Shown in pieces: positions 53,612 through 62,799 of a stretch of 64,000 nt of DNA. This DNA comes from a virus (taxonomy: Duplodnaviria; Caudoviricetes): positions 1 through 64,000 of IMG/VR virus record IMGVR_UViG_2706795344_000001, one strand, 5' to 3'. A model generated the notes under the pieces. That model was not told where the DNA came from and did no database searches. It saw nothing but the letters and a program-made list of their open reading frames with translations. A program made the translations under genes and the position numbers. The stretch's first letter is position 1, and every line of letters starts with the position of its first letter.

Positions 53612-55667
53612 GGATTTAAAACTACGTTTTTTCGCAAGTGACTTGGAGGCAACTGGTTTAATCTGGCAGATGATACAACAAGGTGATGATAAGAAGCTTC
53701 ATAACTTTTGTGGTATTGAAATCAAGGATAGTAAGTTTCAAGATATCCAGATGCATCATCCACATACAAAGAAAGCAATTCAACGATTGCAAGATTGGAT
53801 TGATGACCCTGAAAATGTTTTCATTATTCATAATGCCTATACATATGATTTACATGCATTAGAATTATTTGGGTTAGATACATCTAAGATGAAGATTATT
53901 GATACTCTACCGTTATCTTGGTACTTGCATCACGATCGTGAACGTCATGGTCTTGAGTGGTGGGGTGAAGAGTTTGGTGTACCTAAACCGAAGATCGACA
54001 ATTGGGAAGACTTAACACAAGAAGAGTATGATCATCGTGTTATAGAGGACTGTAAGATTCAACGATTGTTATGGATGAAGTTGTGTACTGAATTTGGAGA
54101 GATGTATGGAGTTAAGACTCAAACAGAAGTATATAACCATCCAGCATTTAAGTACATTCAATTTAAGTCTAAGCAATTGGCTGAGCAGATGCGTAATAAG
54201 TGGAAATTTAATGTAGAGGGTGGTAAGAAACTCTATGAGGAATTAGAAGCTGAAATTGCGACACGTACAGAAACATTGAAGTCTGTAATGCCAAAAGTAC
54301 CTAAGTATGCTAAACGTAAGCCACCAGCTAAACCTTATAAAGCTAATGGTGAACTTTCGGCTACAGGTGAGAAATGGAAAAAACTTTGTGAAGATAATGG
54401 GTATGATTTTAATACTTATCGAGGTGAGATTCAGGAACTTACTAAGTATGAGGAACCAAACCCTGCATCATCACAACAGAAGAAAGCTTGGTTGACCAGC
54501 TTAGGTTGGGAGCCAATGACCTTTGAATACAAGCGTCAGCCAGATGGTACTACACGTGCTATCCCTCAGATTAATAAGAAAAACTCTGGTGGATTGGTAT
54601 GTGAGTCTGTATCTTTACTTGCTGAAGAAGTTCCAGAGGTTAAAGCTTTAGAAGGTCTGGGAATTGTTAACCATCGATTTAGTATGGTTAAAGGTTGGTT
54701 AGAGAACCATGAAGACGGGTATTTGATTGCACAAGCTGGTGGATTCACAAACACATTACGTTTGAAACACCGTATTCTTGTGAACATGCCTTCTGGTCGT
54801 GTACCTTATGGTTTGGCTATCCGTGGATTGCTTGAGGCACGTGAAGGATGTACATTAACTGGTGCAGACTTAAGTTCCTTGGAGAACCGTTGGAAGTTCC
54901 ACCATCAGTACCCTTTAGACCCTGATTATGTAGAGGCACAGATGTCAGATGACTTTGACCCTCACTTAGCACTAGCTGAGATGGCAGGGTTATTAGATGC
55001 TGACGATGTAAACTTCTATAAATTATTTGAAAGTGGTTACACCATCCCAGAAGAGTGTTATACTGATGAGCTTAAGCGACGTATTGCTAAAGCTGAGAAG
55101 GATGAAGACTGGAAGCACTCAGAGATTAAGCGTATTGCTAAAATCCGTGGTGTTGGTAAAAATGGTAACTATGCTTTACAATATGGTTCTGGTGTTGAGA
55201 CTTTGGCCCGTACTGCTAAGATTACAAGAAAAGAAGCTACAAAGCTTAAGGCTGGTTATGATAAACTTAACTGGACTATTCCTGTTATCGCTAAAGCACA
55301 GCGTGTTAAGGATTTCAAACATGGACGATTCTTGTACAATCGTGAGAATAAGTTCTGGTATCCATTAAAGGCTGAGAAAGATAGATTCTCTACTCTTATT
55401 CAAGGTAGTGGTTCTTACACTCTCGACTTGTGGATTATGAAGTTCTTCCAGATTCGCAAGAAAGCTATTGAATCAGGCCGTATTAAGTTTGCTAGATTGT
55501 TGGGTACATTCCACGATGAATTGATCTTAGAGCACCGTACAGAGGATTCTGAGGCTATTCGTGAGATGTTAAAGGAAGCTATTGACTTAGTTAATAAATC
55601 ATTAAAGCTTTCTGTAGACTTGACATGTGATATCAAACAAGGTAATACTTACTCGGAGATACATTAA
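53598..55667 (+). CDS. polA: DNA polymerase, family A (T7-like)
   Basis: DLEATG exo I, HNAYTYD exo II, DLSSLE motif A, KNGNYALQYG motif B, HDE motif C. Confidence 0.96.
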   Translation: MIVSKDLKLRFFASDLEATGLIWQMIQQGDDKKLHNFCGIEIKDSKFQDIQMHHPHTKKAIQRLQDWIDDPENVFIIHNAYTYDLHALELFGLDTSKMKIIDTLPLSWYLHHDRERHGLEWWGEEFGVPKPKIDNWEDLTQEEYDHRVIEDCKIQRLLWMKLCTEFGEMYGVKTQTEVYNHPAFKYIQFKSKQLAEQMRNKWKFNVEGGKKLYEELEAEIATRTETLKSVMPKVPKYAKRKPPAKPYKANGELSATGEKWKKLCEDNGYDFNTYRGEIQELTKYEEPNPASSQQKKAWLTSLGWEPMTFEYKRQPDGTTRAIPQINKKNSGGLVCESVSLLAEEVPEVKALEGLGIVNHRFSMVKGWLENHEDGYLIAQAGGFTNTLRLKHRILVNMPSGRVPYGLAIRGLLEAREGCTLTGADLSSLENRWKFHHQYPLDPDYVEAQMSDDFDPHLALAEMAGLLDADDVNFYKLFESGYTIPEECYTDELKRRIAKAEKDEDWKHSEIKRIAKIRGVGKNGNYALQYGSGVETLARTAKITRKEATKLKAGYDKLNWTIPVIAKAQRVKDFKHGRFLYNRENKFWYPLKAEKDRFSTLIQGSGSYTLDLWIMKFFQIRKKAIESGRIKFARLLGTFHDELILEHRTEDSEAIREMLKEAIDLVNKSLKLSVDLTCDIKQGNTYSEIH

Positions 55668-55680
55668 TGAGAAAAATTTT

Positions 55681-55881
55681 ATGAAAAAGTTGCAATTACT
55701 TGTTGACATTGCTGAAAGTTCTGATAATATGGTTGCCATGAAGGGGAATGTGGATACAGCGACAAAGCTTCCTAGTTCCCACATAACCCTTCAAGAAGCT
55801 CATCAAATTATGGAAAGGTTTGAGGCGAGTTGGGAAAATTACTTCCCGAAGCCTTCAAATGCAATTTTCAGAGTTGTTTAA
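55681..55881 (+). CDS. Hypothetical protein
   Basis: Fills the gap after the polymerase gene. Confidence 0.5.
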   Translation: MKKLQLLVDIAESSDNMVAMKGNVDTATKLPSSHITLQEAHQIMERFEASWENYFPKPSNAIFRVV

Positions 55882-55896
55882 CAGAAAGGTGGTTCT

Positions 55897-56106
55897 ATGT
55901 TATACTCGTTAGTTTTGGTTGTGTTCTTGAGCAACGGTTCAGAGGATAGAACCACTTTAGTTAAAAATTATCAAGATGATACTTGCATTGAGTCAAGAGA
56001 TATGTTAAGATCACAACTTGATTATTATAACAACTTACCAAAAGGTTCTGGTAAGGATGTTGAATTTGTGGATGCTGAGTGTATAGCTCAGAAAGATTTT
56101 GTTTAG
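55897..56106 (+). CDS. Small hypothetical protein
   Basis: Hydrophobic N-terminus, two Cys. Confidence 0.6.
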   Translation: MLYSLVLVVFLSNGSEDRTTLVKNYQDDTCIESRDMLRSQLDYYNNLPKGSGKDVEFVDAECIAQKDFV

Positions 56107-56127
56107 TTAGTTAGAGGATGTAAATTT

Positions 56128-57336
56128 ATGGGTCTTAAAGCTCGTGGTATCAAACGTAATAATTCAGGCAAACCTAAGATCGACTACGAAGCAATTGCAG
56201 CTCAGGTTGATGAAGGTTCTCACGGTGCTCGAATTAGTCAGATTATTGACTTAGGTATGCACCAAGACTCAACCAAATTAAGTAACAAAGGTTACACTGC
56301 CTTTGAAACGGAAGAAGAAGCTGAGCAGTTTATCGAAGATATGATTGCTAAATACGGTGAACGCCACTCAGCTTTTGAGAATGAAGTTGAAGTAGAAGAT
56401 GCTGATGAAGCTAATTTCGATGACAAGAAAACAAAACTTGTTAAGTTGAAAGGTAAAGGTGACAAAGCCGAGTGGGTTGAAGCTAAAGGTGAGAAAAACT
56501 TTGTAGTTAAGATCAATGAGTATGGTGGTTATGATAAAAAAGGTGAGCCTTTAGAATATCAAGAACTCGCTATCATGGCTGACTTAACTGAGTTGGAAGT
56601 TGATTATGGTGGTGACATTGGTATTAAACCTTACCGTGTACTTTTAAACAAGTTCTTCAAAGGTAATATCAATGGATTCCAGTTGAAGAAATCACCTCCA
56701 GAGAAAGATGGTGGTGTTTGGACAGTTAAAAGCAACACTAAGTTGGCCGAGATTGCAACCGCTACTGGTCTTAAGAGTTTACTTCAGGTTGATCTTGAAG
56801 ATGCTGATTGGGCAGAAATGCTTGGACAAGCAATGAATGTGTCATTAACTAAGAGTGGTGACAAAGAGCAATACGTTAACGTTGGGAAGTGTGTTGCACT
56901 TAAGAAGAAAAAGAATCGTAAAACTGGTGAGATGGAAGTTGAAGAAGTTGAAGAACTTGCAGAAGAACCTCTATTGATCACGTTTGACGATGTAACAGTA
57001 GATATCTTGAAGAAGGCGCATCTACGTTACGACATCATTCAGAAAATTAAGAGTGCATCGGACTATGAAGGTTCACAAATGCAAGAAGCTCTTGAAGAGT
57101 ATGAAGAGTGGTTGGAAGCTCAAAATAAATCTAAGCCTAAGTCAGAAGATGAGGACGTAGATCAAGATGATGATGAAGACGACAATGATGACGATGAAGT
57201 TGTTGAAAAACGTAAAGTTACGAAAGTAACCAAAAAGTCGCCAGCTAAGTCAAAAGGTAAGAAAGAGGTTGAGCCTGATGATGAAGATGAAGACGAACCA
57301 GTCGATGATGAAGACGACGAAACTTGGACTGATTAA
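56128..57336 (+). CDS. Putative single-stranded DNA-binding or recombination protein
   Basis: ARISQIIDLGMHQ; highly acidic tail with a near-terminal Trp; biased codons. Confidence 0.55.
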   Translation: MGLKARGIKRNNSGKPKIDYEAIAAQVDEGSHGARISQIIDLGMHQDSTKLSNKGYTAFETEEEAEQFIEDMIAKYGERHSAFENEVEVEDADEANFDDKKTKLVKLKGKGDKAEWVEAKGEKNFVVKINEYGGYDKKGEPLEYQELAIMADLTELEVDYGGDIGIKPYRVLLNKFFKGNINGFQLKKSPPEKDGGVWTVKSNTKLAEIATATGLKSLLQVDLEDADWAEMLGQAMNVSLTKSGDKEQYVNVGKCVALKKKKNRKTGEMEVEEVEELAEEPLLITFDDVTVDILKKAHLRYDIIQKIKSASDYEGSQMQEALEEYEEWLEAQNKSKPKSEDEDVDQDDDEDDNDDDEVVEKRKVTKVTKKSPAKSKGKKEVEPDDEDEDEPVDDEDDETWTD

Positions 57337-57339
57337 TGT

Positions 57340-57588
57340 ATGAAAGCAAGCGTTTCGATTTCCTCAAATGAGTTGAAGCGCTTATTTCACAAGTCAGTTA
57401 AAGAGGGTGGTTTCTCTGAGAGGATTATCTCGGAGACCATCCAAAAATTATTGGTGAGGGTGGAAAAGGATTATCCAAATCTTTTAAAAGGAATTTACCA
57501 ATCATCATATCGTAAGTATCAGAAGCATCTGGCTGATGAAATTAAGCGTCAACGTGACGAAAATATGAAGACAATTTATGGAGGGTAA
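57340..57588 (+). CDS. Hypothetical protein
   Basis: ORF in the operon. Confidence 0.6.
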   Translation: MKASVSISSNELKRLFHKSVKEGGFSERIISETIQKLLVRVEKDYPNLLKGIYQSSYRKYQKHLADEIKRQRDENMKTIYGG

Positions 57589-57591
57589 TGA

Positions 57592-57987
57592 ATGAGTAGA
57601 CTTACTGACTCAGAAGAAAAACACATCAATGAACTAGCAACAGAAGCTGCAAGCAAACGTGGTGCTGGACGTCCTGAAATTGATAGCGAAGCTATCTTCA
57701 ATGAACTTATCTCAAAACCTGAGACGCGAAAGAAAATTCGAGATCAAATTAAATATCTCGTAGCAGAACGTCGAAAGGCTAATGTAGTAAATGAGCGATA
57801 TAAAGATGATGTAAAAGCTACCAAAGAAGTGTTTGGATTGGCAACGTCATTTATCAATAGCACTGTAGATGCAATCGTAAAAGATAAAGTTGATAAGAAA
57901 AAATCAGAAGCATCACAATTCGCTGATTTCTTGCAAATCCTTATGGAAGATGAAGGAATGGAAGACGAATTCGATGAAGAAGATTGA
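57592..57987 (+). CDS. Putative dsDNA-binding protein (T4 DsbA/GapR-like)
   Basis: IRDQIKYLVAERRKANVVNERYKDDVKATKEVFGL helical pattern. Confidence 0.5.
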   Translation: MSRLTDSEEKHINELATEAASKRGAGRPEIDSEAIFNELISKPETRKKIRDQIKYLVAERRKANVVNERYKDDVKATKEVFGLATSFINSTVDAIVKDKVDKKKSEASQFADFLQILMEDEGMEDEFDEED

Positions 57988-58210
57988 GGTCAAGTACGGA
58001 CCTTATCGATTATTTGACGATGGCGAAGGCCATCGTTTTCTTATTCCAGTAGATGAATATGAAGAGTTTGAAAAGAAACTTAAATTAGTCGAAGAGGTCG
58101 ATGGAGATGAGTGGTATACAGCTTGGAGTGACTTACTAGACGGTTATGATCGTTTAGAAGGGGAATCCTACTTAGTAATTCTGGAGAATGAGGTGATTAG
58201 TGGGATTTAA
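57974..58210 (+). CDS. Hypothetical protein (start MKKIEV)
   Basis: YRLFDDGEGHRFLIPVD pattern. Confidence 0.6.
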   Translation: MKKIEVKYGPYRLFDDGEGHRFLIPVDEYEEFEKKLKLVEEVDGDEWYTAWSDLLDGYDRLEGESYLVILENEVISGI

Positions 58211-59462
58211 GATGAGAAAGCAGGGAGTCAAGGAACATTACGTTCATGAAATTGATTTTCCTAAGTATGAAAAGAAAAGTAAAGTTGTTTTATTCGATGC
58301 CGACATTTTAGCATTTAAAGTTTCTTCAGTTTGTGAATCACGTTTTGAGTTCACACATAAAGATGATGAGGATGAAGTCTACTTAGCAAAATCAATTACA
58401 GAGTTCAAAGGTTTTCTGGAAGACGAACAATCCCGCTTTGCACAAAAAATTGACAAAGCTGCACGTAAACTTATGGAAGTTAGAAAGTCTGGAGATGAGA
58501 AAGCAATTGCTAAAGCTCAGGCTACTCTGAATAAATGGCGTGAAGCGTTTGAAAATGTTCCGAAGTTTGAAGATTTTATTCGAAAGGACGTACAGATTCC
58601 TGACCCATTCGAGTATTGTGCAAAGACTCTTAATGAAGCTTATGATCGTGTTATGAAGTTACTAAAAGCCAAACATAGTGAAATATATGTGGGTGGTAGT
58701 GAAAATTTCCGATCTAAACTCCCATTACCTTTAGAGTATAAGGTTTCTGTCCGTAGTGATGGTATTCGACCTATACACTTAACTGCTGCCAAAGAACATC
58801 TTATTAAGAAGTTTAATGGCATCAAGGTTAAAGGTATTGAAGCTGATGATGTATTACAGATGCGACAATTTCAGTTGGCTAGTCAAGGTATTGATGTCTA
58901 CATGTATTCAAATGATAAAGATAGAATGCAAGGTTGGTACGGTAAATACTACAATCCAGACAATAATGAGATTAAGGCATTAGATTGCTATTTAGGTACT
59001 ATCAATGAGAAGGGTAAAGGTTGTGGACTAAAATGGTTGTTATTCCAAATGTCACAAGGCGACCCAATTGATGGTTATAGCCCTAAAGAGTGGTACGATA
59101 AAACTTATTATAAGCGTGGATATGGGCCAAAAAGTTTTTATGATGACTTTGCCCACATCGACAATGTAAAAGAGCTTCTGGAGCATTACATCGTCGTACA
59201 TCGTGATAGATTGATGTCTAAAGAGTTTTATACATGGGAAACTTGGGATGGACGTCATGTTAAAGCAAATTGGTTAGGTATCCTTGAGCTGATGTTCTCT
59301 TGTGCTTATATGAAATTGGAAGTTGATGATAAACGTACATTCCGATCTTTATGTCAAGAGCATGGTGTTGATGCTGGTGAAATGATCTTTGAAGTTAAAA
59401 ACATTGAAGACTTCCCAACAGAGGAACTTGGCTGTGTTGCTGAGGAGTATAAGAATGTATAA
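58200..59462 (+). CDS. 5'-3' exonuclease (T7 gp6-like)
   Basis: FDAD, NFR, YK..R, EADD, DKD, GDPIDG. Confidence 0.9.
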   Translation: MGFKMRKQGVKEHYVHEIDFPKYEKKSKVVLFDADILAFKVSSVCESRFEFTHKDDEDEVYLAKSITEFKGFLEDEQSRFAQKIDKAARKLMEVRKSGDEKAIAKAQATLNKWREAFENVPKFEDFIRKDVQIPDPFEYCAKTLNEAYDRVMKLLKAKHSEIYVGGSENFRSKLPLPLEYKVSVRSDGIRPIHLTAAKEHLIKKFNGIKVKGIEADDVLQMRQFQLASQGIDVYMYSNDKDRMQGWYGKYYNPDNNEIKALDCYLGTINEKGKGCGLKWLLFQMSQGDPIDGYSPKEWYDKTYYKRGYGPKSFYDDFAHIDNVKELLEHYIVVHRDRLMSKEFYTWETWDGRHVKANWLGILELMFSCAYMKLEVDDKRTFRSLCQEHGVDAGEMIFEVKNIEDFPTEELGCVAEEYKNV

Positions 59463-60057
59463 ACGTGGGTTAATATCTGTACAGGAAGCTGCTCGTGATC
59501 TTGTGAGTAATAAGTTTACTGTAGGGCAGTCAGCATACGTTGCTGATGGTATCTATATGTTGGATTATAACGACTTCGCCAGAGTAGAAAACGGTGTAGT
59601 GGTAGAAAGATGTAGAAATGGAGGAATAGAAATGAATTTAGGTGGACATACACACGAATTTGTTGATTTATCTTTGGATAGAGAAAGAATTAGATCACTT
59701 TCAAATAATTTAACGACCATTAGTGGTAAAATTAGTGGTAGTGGTTTAAAGAGTTTTAGTTTTGATTTGGCACGACGTGAATGCCCTCCAAATAAGGTCG
59801 TTATTTATAATCAACGGGTTTGGAATATTGACAGTTCAGCACGTGATAATCTGGCAATTATGACAGTTAACGATTATTACAAACTGTCAGGTAAGACAGT
59901 CTCTCAAATTTTGGAGAATTCAGTTACAGATCGATTTGATATCGAAGTGTGGTTTGAAGATGACCGTCAATTCCACGTATATAAAAACGACAAACGAATC
60001 TTTGAGAGTAAATCAGCCAAAGCTACAGCTGCATTCATTGAGGGTGGATTGAAGTGA
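59455..60057 (+). CDS. Hypothetical protein (start MYKRG)
   Basis: GAGGAG RBS. Confidence 0.65.
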   Translation: MYKRGLISVQEAARDLVSNKFTVGQSAYVADGIYMLDYNDFARVENGVVVERCRNGGIEMNLGGHTHEFVDLSLDRERIRSLSNNLTTISGKISGSGLKSFSFDLARRECPPNKVVIYNQRVWNIDSSARDNLAIMTVNDYYKLSGKTVSQILENSVTDRFDIEVWFEDDRQFHVYKNDKRIFESKSAKATAAFIEGGLK

Positions 60058-60677
60058 TGGATTTTGGGATTGAAGAAGCTGAGCAAGATATCCCTAAAGA
60101 TTTTTCGAAGATGTCTGATGTAGAGTTGAAGCAATTCCTAACATGTACACGACACGTATTCAAGAATGAAGCATCTTTCTTCACTTGGGTACGTAGTGGA
60201 TTAAGACAAGGTTTGTGGATGAAACACCCTATTAAAATGGAGATGTTAAAGTCACAGCGTCGTAAGATTCCTAACCCTAGACCAAACCCACGTAAAGGTG
60301 CTGAGTTAGTTTGGGGTTTCGATTGTGCATGTTGTGGTGGACAGTTCACTGCATCCAATGTCGAGGTAGACCATAAGGTTGGCGAACATAGCTTAAAGAC
60401 CATTGAAGATTTAGTAACTTTCTTTAAGAAAATCATGTTAGTAACGCCATCTGACCTACAGATACTTTGCAAAGGATGTCATGGTATCAAGACATATGCT
60501 GAACGTTATGGAGTAACAGAGACGAGAGCAAAAGCTATTAAGAAAGCAATTGCAACCATCAAAGAAGGCAATCATCAAGAGGAGCTGAAAAGGTTGGGTG
60601 TTCTTAAACTCGTAACTAAAGCCAAGGCTAGGCCACTACTTGAAGATTTATACGAAAGAGAAATCTTGGAGGAATAG
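60054..60677 (+). CDS. HNH endonuclease
   Basis: CACC...VEVDH...LQILCKGCHGIKT. Confidence 0.88.
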   Translation: MMDFGIEEAEQDIPKDFSKMSDVELKQFLTCTRHVFKNEASFFTWVRSGLRQGLWMKHPIKMEMLKSQRRKIPNPRPNPRKGAELVWGFDCACCGGQFTASNVEVDHKVGEHSLKTIEDLVTFFKKIMLVTPSDLQILCKGCHGIKTYAERYGVTETRAKAIKKAIATIKEGNHQEELKRLGVLKLVTKAKARPLLEDLYEREILEE

Positions 60678-61643
60678 TTGAAAGATTTTAAAGACTTGCG
60701 ATACTGGAAACAGAAAGCATTATACATGAATATGTACGAGGGCAAGTCTGGTGCATCTATTAGTAGGGAATTGAATATTCCTGAACGTACAGTACAAGAC
60801 AACCTTAAAAAACTCAAAGTGAAGATAGATATTAATTCTATTTATGACCCTGACAATATTGGTAAGAGTATTGTGGATGGAGCTAAAATCCTATTCCATG
60901 ATATTGAAACATCACTAGCAGTTTCATATCACTTTGGTCAATGGCAACAAAATTTAGGTATTAAGCAACAAGTTTATGAGAGTCACCTATTATCACACTC
61001 ATGGGCATGGAATGATGGTGAGGTTGAAGGTACAATTCTAACTCCTGAAGAGGTTTTAGCTCGTGATGATAGTCGTTTAGTATTTGAAGTATGGGCCTTA
61101 CTAGATAAGTGTGATATCTATGTTGCACATAATGGTAAGAAGTTCGATGTCAAGAAACTAAATGGTTTCTTCCTTAAACATGGCTTACCGCCACCATCAC
61201 CATACAAGGTAGTTGATACCTTACAAATATCTCGAAACAAGTTTGGTTTACCTTTCCACAATCTTGCATACTTGGCTAAATTCTTGGATGTGACTCGTAA
61301 GATTGAGAACTCAGGTATTGAGCTATGGATTGATTGTGCCCATGGCATTCAATCAGCTTTAGATGAGATGTTGGACTACAACAAAGGTGATATCATTACC
61401 CTACGTGAGATTTACTATAAACTCATTGGTTGGGATAATAACGCTGTCAATATGTCGTTATATGTTCCTGTGGATGGTTTAGTGTGTCCACATTGTGCAA
61501 GCAATAAGATTACTAAGCTTCACAACAAGAGAGCGAGAACGGCACAAAGGACCTACCATGTCTATAGGTGTACTTCATGTACTGCTGTATTACGTGGTGG
61601 TACAGTGACAGGAAATGATACTAAGTTGTATCGTGTGATTTAA
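60678..61643 (+). CDS. RNase H-like (DEDD) 3'-5' exonuclease with N-terminal HTH and C-terminal zinc ribbon
   Basis: DIETS, HNGKKFD, YNKGD, CPHC..CTSC. Confidence 0.85.
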   Translation: MKDFKDLRYWKQKALYMNMYEGKSGASISRELNIPERTVQDNLKKLKVKIDINSIYDPDNIGKSIVDGAKILFHDIETSLAVSYHFGQWQQNLGIKQQVYESHLLSHSWAWNDGEVEGTILTPEEVLARDDSRLVFEVWALLDKCDIYVAHNGKKFDVKKLNGFFLKHGLPPPSPYKVVDTLQISRNKFGLPFHNLAYLAKFLDVTRKIENSGIELWIDCAHGIQSALDEMLDYNKGDIITLREIYYKLIGWDNNAVNMSLYVPVDGLVCPHCASNKITKLHNKRARTAQRTYHVYRCTSCTAVLRGGTVTGNDTKLYRVI

Positions 61644-61668
61644 ATGGTTGTTTAATAGCCGTTTATGT

Positions 61669-61706
61669 TTGAAAATGGTAGGTTTCATTGTTATAATGGC
61701 CTACCA
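61669..61706 (+). promoter_or_regulatory. Promoter with its -10 box inside an inverted repeat
   Basis: TTGAAA-17 nt-TGnTATAAT; TGGTAGG/CCTACCA arms. Confidence 0.6.
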
Positions 61707-61725
61707 ATTAATTGAGGGATAGTTA

Positions 61726-62370
61726 ATGAGTCAGTATATAGAATTTGGTGTAGAGCAATTTAACAAATTTTTAAATGAGGAATTGCAACCAGCCGTTTAT
61801 GAATTTAATGGTGCATGTGGTAAAGACCCACACGTTGTAGATGATATCGATGAAGCAGCATTAATGGTTATTAATGAGTGTAAACGTGTTATTGAAGAAT
61901 GTGATGAAACTATTGCAGCATTTAAGGCTAAAGATTTAAAAGAGCGTTTAGATGGTGTGGTTGATGTTTACTGGACGTTTAGTCAGTTAGACAAATTAAT
62001 GGTTGTGTTTAATGAGAAGTTTGGAGACAAGCTTATTCAACACATGAAAGAAAATTACGAATATGATGAAGTATTGTTATTAACTTATGCAGTTAAGCTT
62101 GCACCATTAGCTATTCAGTTGGGTCAAGGTACAATCATTTCAGGTCATCGTATTTCTATTGCAGCTCGACGTATTATCGAGAACAACAAGCAAAAGTATA
62201 CAACAGATTTAGATACTGCATTGGATTGGGAAAAACATCGACCAGAAGGTGTTGTATTACGTAAGTATGAGTATTTAGGTAAAGAGTATTACTGCTTGAA
62301 ACGTGTGTCAGATGACTACATTGTTAAACCTTATACATTCAAGGATGTAAAGTTAGAGGACTTAGTATGA
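61726..62370 (+). CDS. MazG/PRA-PH-like NTP pyrophosphohydrolase
   Basis: EECDET...LDGVVDVYW; NNKQK; IVKP. Confidence 0.75.
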   Translation: MSQYIEFGVEQFNKFLNEELQPAVYEFNGACGKDPHVVDDIDEAALMVINECKRVIEECDETIAAFKAKDLKERLDGVVDVYWTFSQLDKLMVVFNEKFGDKLIQHMKENYEYDEVLLLTYAVKLAPLAIQLGQGTIISGHRISIAARRIIENNKQKYTTDLDTALDWEKHRPEGVVLRKYEYLGKEYYCLKRVSDDYIVKPYTFKDVKLEDLV

Positions 62371-62750
62371 CAAGAAAAGTGGTGCGTGGTCCAGATCGAA
62401 TTCCACCTCCAGAGCGTTCAGTAAGTTTTAGCGACCTTACTCTTGGAGATAAGGATATTCAAGCAGTTCTGGATAAATGTGGTTTGGAATATGTATTAGT
62501 AAATCTATGGGGTTTCGATAAGAAATTCAATGCTGGTACACCAGAGAAGTTTTATGAAGTTAAAGAATGCCAACATGTCAATCGTGAAGGAAAAAGAGTA
62601 ACTGGAAAATTATATATTGGAGTCGAGAGACTTGATGATGAGTGGATTTTGCATGGTGCTCCGTCTGAACGGGCTAAGTTGGTTGCAAAGCGAGATGTGT
62701 CACTTTTACGAGAACTTTCTAGTATGAGTAGATCAGTAAATTCTTGCTAA
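62367..62750 (+). CDS. Hypothetical protein
   Basis: GAGGA RBS; ATGA overlap. Confidence 0.7.
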   Translation: MTRKVVRGPDRIPPPERSVSFSDLTLGDKDIQAVLDKCGLEYVLVNLWGFDKKFNAGTPEKFYEVKECQHVNREGKRVTGKLYIGVERLDDEWILHGAPSERAKLVAKRDVSLLRELSSMSRSVNSC

Positions 62751-62755
62751 GTGTA

Positions 62756-62780
62756 ATCCAGCCTTAGTGCTGGATTTTTT
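62756..62780 (+). terminator. Intrinsic terminator
   Basis: ATCCAGC-CTTAGT-GCTGGAT followed by a T-tract. Confidence 0.8.
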
Positions 62781-62799
62781 GTTATATAGGAGTAGTAAA

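Noticed and set aside
51104-55667. Intein or intron in the helicase or polymerase
   Set aside because: The ORFs are continuous, of ordinary length, and show no splice motifs.
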